A stretch of DNA of 64,000 bases from Amoebidium appalachense (taxonomy: Eukaryota; Protista; Ichthyosporea): the NCBI GenBank assembly GCA_963693365.1, contig CAVNZM010000017.1, positions 3,091,527-3,155,526 on the forward strand, in the 5' to 3' direction. The notes beneath the pieces were generated by a model. The model ran no database searches. It was not told the origin of the DNA and saw only the letters and a list, made by a program, of their open reading frames with translations. Within the stretch, counting starts at the first letter, position 1. Each line of letters opens with the position of its first letter. The position numbers and the translations under genes were made by a program. Positions 56,289 through 64,000 of this stretch are shown here, piece after piece.

Positions 56289-59029
56289 ATGTCTTCTCTA
56301 CTGGCGAGCCGTGCAATGGCTGCGGCATCAAGGCGGCCCGCTGCCACCTGCCTAGTAAGTGGGGTTGGTTTTATGATGGTGGCATCTCTGTGATGTTAAC
56401 ATGGTGGGAACCAGGGTTTCAGTTTGATTAGTCGCTTCGCAAGAGATAGGGTTACTAATTGATATGCTCACGCTCTAACGCTGTCGCCTATTGCAGGGCC
56501 GGTGTGCGAGCACCCTAGCAAACAGCATTCATCGCAGCCAGGTAAGAGCCCCCCTCCCCACCCCCCCCCCCCACCCCCCACACTCCCCCCTCACCCGCCC
56601 CCACCCCCCACCCCCCACCCCAACACTCACATTCACACGCACCAAGCCTCCCACCCCTGCTCCTTCCTTTAAGCTCACGCGAGTAATGCAGGAAACTAGG
56701 GTATTGCTGTCGTTTCTCTGAAAGATTATTTGAGGTCGCGGATTGCGGTCTGACACATGAGGCCTCTTTCCTGCTCTCTTTCACGGCAGCACCAGTTCTA
56801 CGTCCCACTCTCTCCAGTTTTTTTGCTGTCTCAATCTTTTCGATTTTGCTGCATGAAAGTACTAAGTTGCTATTAGATAGCTAGTTTATACTATGGTGAC
56901 CGTTTCTGAAATATGAAATATGGTTTATCTTTGCAGTCTTCAGTAAGACAGCTGCCATGGCAGGCCGCCGGTTTGTCACTGTTTTTGGTAAGTCCACAGC
57001 TCAGATCTTGAAGCGGATGATCGTCTGGCCCCCGTCCCCCCTCACCCCCCCCCCCCTCCCCCCCCCCCCCCCCCCTCCTTCCCCCACCCACCCACTCACA
57101 CACCCACCCATTTCCCCCCCCTCCCCCCTCCCCCCCCCCCCCCTTCCTCCCGCCTTCTCTATCTACCCTGCATCCCCACCCCCCTCCCCCCTCCTCCCCT
57201 CCCCTCCCCCCCCCCCCCCCCCCCCTTTCATATATCGTTGCACATATGCACCCATTTACTTTCGCTTCAGGCAACCATTCCCCTTTACCAATCCTTGTGA
57301 TCCCCATACCCTCCATGCACCCTTTGCTCTCTCGTCCATGTGTTTAACGCCATGTTTCAAATACATGTAACTGCCTACCCACCCCATTAGCCATTCCTGG
57401 TTGTACATCACACACACGTTGACATGCACTTTGCCCATGGCTTCGTGTTCGATGCTGTAGATCATACAACATTTAGGTTTGAGCAAGTGCTTAGATTACA
57501 TGGCATGAGCCTGGCAGTAACATCTCATCTCATGCAGACACGGAGCTTCCACAGCAGCCCAGCGTGGCAGAAAGTTATCCAGTATAAACTCGCAGACATT
57601 GGCGAGGGTATTGCCGAGGCAGAGGTTTTGCAATGGTTAACACTCCTCCTCCCCCCCCCTCCCCCCGGCCCCCTGCTCTTACCCCCTGTGCCGGCCCAAC
57701 TGTGTTCCCTTCCTCTTCCTCCGTCATTTCACCTTCTCCTCGCCCTCATCCCACCCTCCATCACCCAGAAACTCTCGTTTATATTGCAACCATACGCGGG
57801 ATTATGCATGCCAGCTTGCACACTCACGTGTGGACAACAAGAATTTTGTAAGAATTCTTGTCTTTTCTCACTGAGGGCCTCTTTCAGTGTGTCCCATCAA
57901 CGCCTCTGCATTTTTTCATCAATCCGTTGCTTACATGCATTCCTCCTTCCCTACCACCATCCCCCCCCCCCCCCCCCCCCCTCCTCCCCCCCAATGTCCC
58001 TTACCCCGTCTCTAGGGTCTGTCCTGTGTTTCCTTTGCCCTGTCTACTACTATTTCCCATATGCTGCAATCAGTAATTCCATTTGGGGCAGGCGGGCAGA
58101 CACCAAGTAGTGGCCGCAAGCGATGAGAAGGGGGAAGAAAGGGGGGAGAGGGGGAAAGGGGGGATTCGGGAAGAGGTAGAGACGGGGAATGGTCGGATCA
58201 AGGACAAATAAGCGAGAAGTTGGAATGTTTTCCCCGTAGACATTTTCCCGGGAATGGAGGTCAGGGGGCGAGGTGTGGGGTGGGGTATCGGGAGTGTGCG
58301 GGTATATTAAAGAAGGTTGACCCCCCCCCCCCCCCCTCCCCTCCCCCTCCTCCCCCCACCCCCGTTTTTGCCCTCAATCCTTGTCTGCTTGTCCCCCTCC
58401 TCGTGTTGTATTTGTTGTCGGGGTCGAGCCCTAAGTTGATGGTCAAGTATGTGTCTATCGTGTGCCTCTCTCTCGCTCGCTGGCAGTGTGTGTATGTGTG
58501 TGTGTGTCGGGGGTGGTTTGTTTTCGGGATCAAAGAAGCACTTAGTTAGCATGTAACCATGGGTATATCTTGTAACTCCCTGTTGTAATGCATACATCCC
58601 CCCCCCCCCCCCCCCCCTGCTCGTCTTTGATCAAGACGGGTTGACCCTCCCAAGTTCAGTTGATGCTGCTGTCTGAGTTGGAGAGTCGTATATACGCGGG
58701 CTAAGGGGTCGAAACTCATACGCAATTGATGACTTGGGCCCTCCCTGAGGATGGGCTCTGCTTATGACGCATACTGTGCGCATGGCTGATGTTGCACACT
58801 TGCATGTTTGCCTTTGCATGTGTCCGTGGTGTATGCATACCTTGTACTGTTTTCCGCATTCAAACCCCCCCCCCCCCCCCCCCCCCTCCCCACCAAACAA
58901 ACCTTTTTTCCCAAAAATACACACACGCCTTGCCTTTCCCTGCTACAGCACTCACGCACACGCACACACAGACACAGACACACACACACAGTAACCACTC
59001 CCTCCTAAACTTGCACACACACACACACC

Positions 59030-59108
<79 letters not shown>

Positions 59109-59385
59109 CATTCGCCCTCCTCCCCTTCCCCGCCTCAGCCCCCCCCCCCCTCTCTCCCCCCCCCCCCCCCCAACACACATACACACACAACCGTACACAC
59201 ATACGTACACACACACACACAGGTTTGTGGATGTAGGTGACCAGGTGCAAGAGTTTGACCGGATAGCCGAGGTGCAGAGTGACAAGGCCACAGTGGAGAT
59301 CACCAGTCGCTACACCGGCACCATCAAGAAGAGATACTATGGTGTCGGGGATATGGCAAAGGTCCACTTTGTAAGTTTTCATCGG

Positions 59386-59420
<35 letters not shown>

Positions 59421-59695
59421 CCCCCCCTCCTCCGCCTCCCCCTCCTCCCCATCCCCGCCCCCCATGCCCCCCCTTCGCCCCCCAAAAATGACAAAGGTTT
59501 ACTTTGGAGTTTCCATTGACCATCCCCCCCCCCCCCCCCTCCCCCCGGCGCGCCTTTTGCATACCTCTCCCCCCTTCCCCTCCCCTCCCCCGCCACGTCC
59601 CCGAGTTAGGATACTTTGCGCCCCCCCTCCCCCCCCATGTCTCACATTCTCGACATGGATGGTTTTCTTTCACTAATTCACCCGCCTTGCTCCTT

Positions 59696-59727
<32 letters not shown>

Positions 59728-60071
59728 CCCCATCCTTTGTCTTTAGTCCTGTTCCCAAAGGCACACACAGCTTCAGGCCTTTTCCCGAACCAGTTCCCTT
59801 CCCCCTTCCCCCCGCCCCCGCCCCCCTCCCCCCGTTGCCTTGGTAAAACTTCAAAGCCACCAAGCACACACAGTTACTGTTGAGTCTCTCACTTTCTCTG
59901 CACAACACGTCTGTCTGATCCCATCCCATCCACCCTTATCCCTCCAACCTTTTCAATACCACCTATGCATTTCAGCCTCTTCAACCCGAAACAATAATTT
60001 CTTCCTGTGTAGGAACATTCAGAAATTAAAACTCCTAACCCCTCGACTCCCCATATACCTGGACTAACAAA

Positions 60072-60119
<48 letters not shown>

Positions 60120-60623
60120 CACACACACAGCCGCTAGTGGAAATTGACACGCAGGCGGAGGCAACGGGTGAGGATGCACCCTCAGAGGCCGCAGACACCC
60201 CCAGTGCCCCCCCGGCAGCAGAGGCCCAGCCAGCACCCGTAGCTGCCGAACAGGTGTGTGTGTGTGTATGAGGGGGGGGGGGAGGGGTTGGGTGTAAATG
60301 TGTGTGTTAGGGGGGAAGGGAGGGGGAGAGTGTGGATGGGTGTATGGTATGCTGGTGAGGTTGGAACACAGATGAACAAACAAGGGCATGGGACGGGTTG
60401 GCCTGTGGGGGAGCGGGGATGGAGTAAGCCCTTGGGGACATGCGGGGGCGGAGGGGAGGGGGGGGAGGGGGGAGGGGGGAAGGGGATGGTTAGAGAGAGA
60501 AGAGGGTGTTGAGAGGTGGGGGAGGAGGGTTTGTTCTGTGTGTATGTGTGTAGTGTGTAGGATGACAGTGGGGCTGGAGAAAGAATTTGGAAATCCACAG
60601 TACATGTGTTGATAAGGTGGTAG

Positions 60624-60657
<34 letters not shown>

Positions 60658-61030
60658 CGGAAGGCGGGCACACCAGTCCTTTTCTGTTTTTTTTCGTCTA
60701 AGTCACACATACACCACCCACCCACTGACCTATTTTCGGTCACCCCTTGCCCCCTCGTCTTTTCCTTCCGTTTGTCTACACCACTTGTCTGTCCCCTTGC
60801 AACCCTCCTGCCGCTCTCCCCCCCCCCCCCCCCCCCCTCCTCCCCCATCCCCTCCCCTTCCCCCCCTTTCCCCCACGTTCCTGTCTTTGCCAAAACCCGC
60901 TATCCCTCCTCCACCCCCCTCCACTCTCTCTCATATACCCCCTAACCCTCCCTACCCGCCCGGCTCCTTCATTTTGGGTTCGCCTCCGTGTTCCCACCTT
61001 CTGGCATACCCCCCCCCTCCCCCCTTCCAC

Positions 61031-61072
<42 letters not shown>

Positions 61073-62053
61073 TCACTCACTCACACACTCACTCACTCAC
61101 TCACTCACTCACTCACTCACTCACTCACACTTTATGTGCCTCTTTCAATCGGCATTGTGTCTTCTGCTGTGAATGTGTACTTGTCATTCTGTAACACGTT
61201 CTAACACTCCCCCCCCCCCCCCCCCCCTTTCAATCACACACCCTCTTTCCCGTTCTTTCACCTTTCCCCCCTATCCTCTCACTCCCCCCCCCCCCCCCCC
61301 CCCCCCCCCCAAACACACCCTTTTTTTTCCTTCCTTTTTTTTCTTTCCCACCACAGCCAGGACAGGATCTCGACAGCTTTGAAGGTCGCAAGTTGGCCAC
61401 CCCAGCCGTCAGACGCATAGCAAAGGACAACGGTATCGACATTAGAAAGGTGAAGGGCACAGGCAAGGAGGGGAGGGTACTGAAGGAAGATGTGGTGGCG
61501 TACATGGAAGGGATGAAGACTGGGGGAGCGGTTGCATCTGTACCTGTTACTGCGGCACCGACGGCGGCTGGTGAGTCATGGTTCTTCCCTTTTGGTTTGA
61601 ATGTTCGTCTGTTTATGTGTCTGTCTCTGTCTGTCTCTGGTAATCTCTCTCTCTCTTTCTCTCTTGATACTCTGATACTCTCTCTCCTCTCTCTCTGTCT
61701 CCCCCCCTCCCCTGTCTCCCCTCCCCCCTCCCTCTCCCCCTCTCTCTCGCCCACCTCACTCCCCCTCTCTTCCCCTCCCTCTATCCATTCCACCCTTCCC
61801 CGCACCCTCTGTCTGTCTGTCGTGCAATCTCTCTCTCTCTTTACCCCTCTTTCTCCCCCCCACCTCCGCTTCGCTTTCACTCTTTCCCCCCCCTCCCCCT
61901 CTCCGTCCCTCCCTCCCCCTCTCTCCCGCACCTCACCTCTCCTCTCCTTTTGCTCATTCATTTGCCCTCCAATCCCTTTGCCCTTGACATGGACATTAGC
62001 GCACGTCCGCAGGTTCTCTTTAGAAACGGGCCTATCTTGTGATATGCCTCCCC

Positions 62054-62091
<38 letters not shown>

Positions 62092-62208
62092 CCCCCCCCC
62101 CTTCAAACCAGCCAACCAACCCACCCACCCACGCCTTCTTTCCCCTCGCCCATTTGAAGTCCACATCCCATTCTGGGCACCCGCTTCCTCATTCACTTCC
62201 CACTTCAG

Positions 62209-62252
<44 letters not shown>

Positions 62253-62644
62253 CTACCATCCTCCAAGCACACTCACAAGCACAAGCACGCATGCACACAC
62301 CACACCCATTCGAGCATTCACCAACCCCAATGGTTTTCTTACCTCTCCCAGTTACATCCGCAGTTCGAATACGACCTTGCTTCGCTCTATTCATGCCTCC
62401 CGTCTGCCTGTGCCTGCACTTCCACTTTACTCCACATACATGCCCTCTTACAATTAATCTCCTTTCTCCCTCTTCCCTTCCCTTCATGCGCGCGCGCGCG
62501 CGCGCACACACACACACACATGCGCGCGCGCGCACACACACACACACACACGCACACACACACACAGTGCCCGCCCCAGCCGCTGCGGCGCCCACGCCAA
62601 CACCAATGGCTGCCCCAACACCGAGTCAGTGTCTTTTTTTTTTT

Positions 62645-62676
<32 letters not shown>

Positions 62677-62735
62677 GGCATGAGTGGTTTTCATGAATGG
62701 GTTTATGCTCCCGGGATGGGATGGGGTCTGGCACC

Positions 62736-62772
<37 letters not shown>

Positions 62773-63077
62773 GGGGGGGGGGGGGAAGGAATAGGTGTGT
62801 ATGTGCAGGCGGGGAAGAGGCTGAATCATAGTGCGGGTGTGCTTGGGTTTGGGTGTGTGTGTATGGGTGTTTTTGGTTGTGTGTGGGGTGAATATATATG
62901 CTCATACTTGCTGCCACATTCTAACCTCCCCTCCCCCTTCCGCCCCTTCCCCCCCTCCCCCCCTCCTCCGCTTCCGCCACCAAATCCCTCCCCATCATAC
63001 CACCACTCTCTCTCATACTATGTGCCTCATTCCAACCCATTGCACCCCCACCCCCTTCCATACTGTGCACCGAGTTC

Positions 63078-63113
<36 letters not shown>

Positions 63114-63368
63114 AGTCTTTGCCAGTGCAGCAGACCAAGTATTGCCCATCCGGGGGATCCAGAAAGCAATGGTCAAGAGCATGAATGCAGCCAACATGGT
63201 GCCCCACTTCACATACTGCGACGAGATTACATTGAACCGCCTGGCTGACCTCAGGAACCAGCTCAAACCCATGGCTGCTGAAAGAGGTAACATAACCATT
63301 CACATCGTGTTGACTTACTTGCTTTTGTTTAAGTACATGATGTCTCCCTTCTTCTTCTTCTTCTTCTT

Positions 63369-63404
<36 letters not shown>

Positions 63405-63789
63405 GCTTCTCCCTTACCTTCATACTTCATACCTGCATCCCCCCCCCCCCCCCCCCTAATCCCTCCTCTCTTTCCTGGTGGTTGTACAGAGCCACCCACC
63501 TAAAGACAAACCACGTTTGTTTCAGACAGACTTGCACCAATTTGAGGGGAAGTAAACTAAACACTTATTTCAATAACATCGGAATAGGAAAGCGGCACAT
63601 AGCCACTATATCCATGCGCCATGAGAGGAAAAAAAACAGAGCACATACCAATGCTGTGTTTGTATGTTTCCTGCAGGGATCAACCTGTCGTTCCTTCCGT
63701 TCTTCATGAAGGCCACCTCCCTTGCCCTGCGCCAGTACCCAACTATTAATAGCCACGTAAACGAAGACTGCAGCCAGCTCACAATCAAG
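56289..63789 (+). CDS. DBT: Mitochondrial branched-chain 2-oxoacid dehydrogenase E2 (dihydrolipoamide branched-chain transacylase); 3' part outside the window
   Basis: Targeting-peptide exons from ATG 56289, lipoyl domain [12 protein letters not shown]...[16 protein letters not shown]3-binding ATPAVRRIA...[13 protein letters not shown], and catalytic domain [12 protein letters not shown]...PHFTYCDE and [23 protein letters not shown] introns in phase. Confidence 0.96.
58680..58865. repeat. Short dispersed intronic repeat (opposite orientation to 48193-48393)
   Basis: Shares GGGCTAAGGGGTCGAAACTCA...CTCCCTGAGGATGGGCTCTGCTTATGACGCATACTGTGC with the reverse complement of the 48-kb copy. Confidence 0.85.
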
Positions 63790-64000
63790 GTGGGTGTACG
63801 TGTGTGTGGGGGGGGGGGGGGAAGGGGGGGGGGGGGGGGGGGGGGGGGGTGGGCGGGTGTGTGTGTGTGTCTGGGTGTGTTTGTGGGTATTTGTAGGATT
63901 CCACACCTGTAGACGGAGAGGGGGGAGGGGGGGGGGAGGGAGGGGGGGGGGGGGGGGTAATGGGGGAAGTTGTTGAAACAGGGGTGATTGTGGAGGGAAG

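Noticed and set aside
58704-58740. Hammerhead ribozyme (GAAA ... TGATGA)
   Set aside because: Only about 12 nt separate the core motifs, too short for the required stems, and CUGANGA is imperfect.

Overview
Eukaryotic, intron-rich genomic DNA packed with poly-G/C homopolymers and (CA)n/(GA)n microsatellites; most ORFs in the supplied track are artefacts of these repeats. The source may be a unicellular holozoan such as an ichthyosporean, but that is only an inference from gene style. Host genes I could splice by hand: an SREK1/SRSF11-type SR splicing factor (-), a small secreted/GPI-like protein (-), a MED29-like Mediator subunit (-) and DBT, the BCKDH E2 subunit (+, runs off the window). Mobile DNA: an intact-looking APE-RT LINE (ORF1 tail plus ORF2), 3' fragments of a second LINE family, and a deleted hAT element. 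The main finding is a 6.5-kb TIR element (13909-20448) with an 8-bp target-site duplication, whose empty site is present in a tandem duplicate within this window. It carries a spliced OTU protease + CXC + Myb/SANT-like gene and a probable decayed transposase. Also notable are a four-copy cluster of about 62-nt pre-miRNA-sized hairpins, CpG-decay between the duplicate copies, and splice acceptors built on (CA)n.
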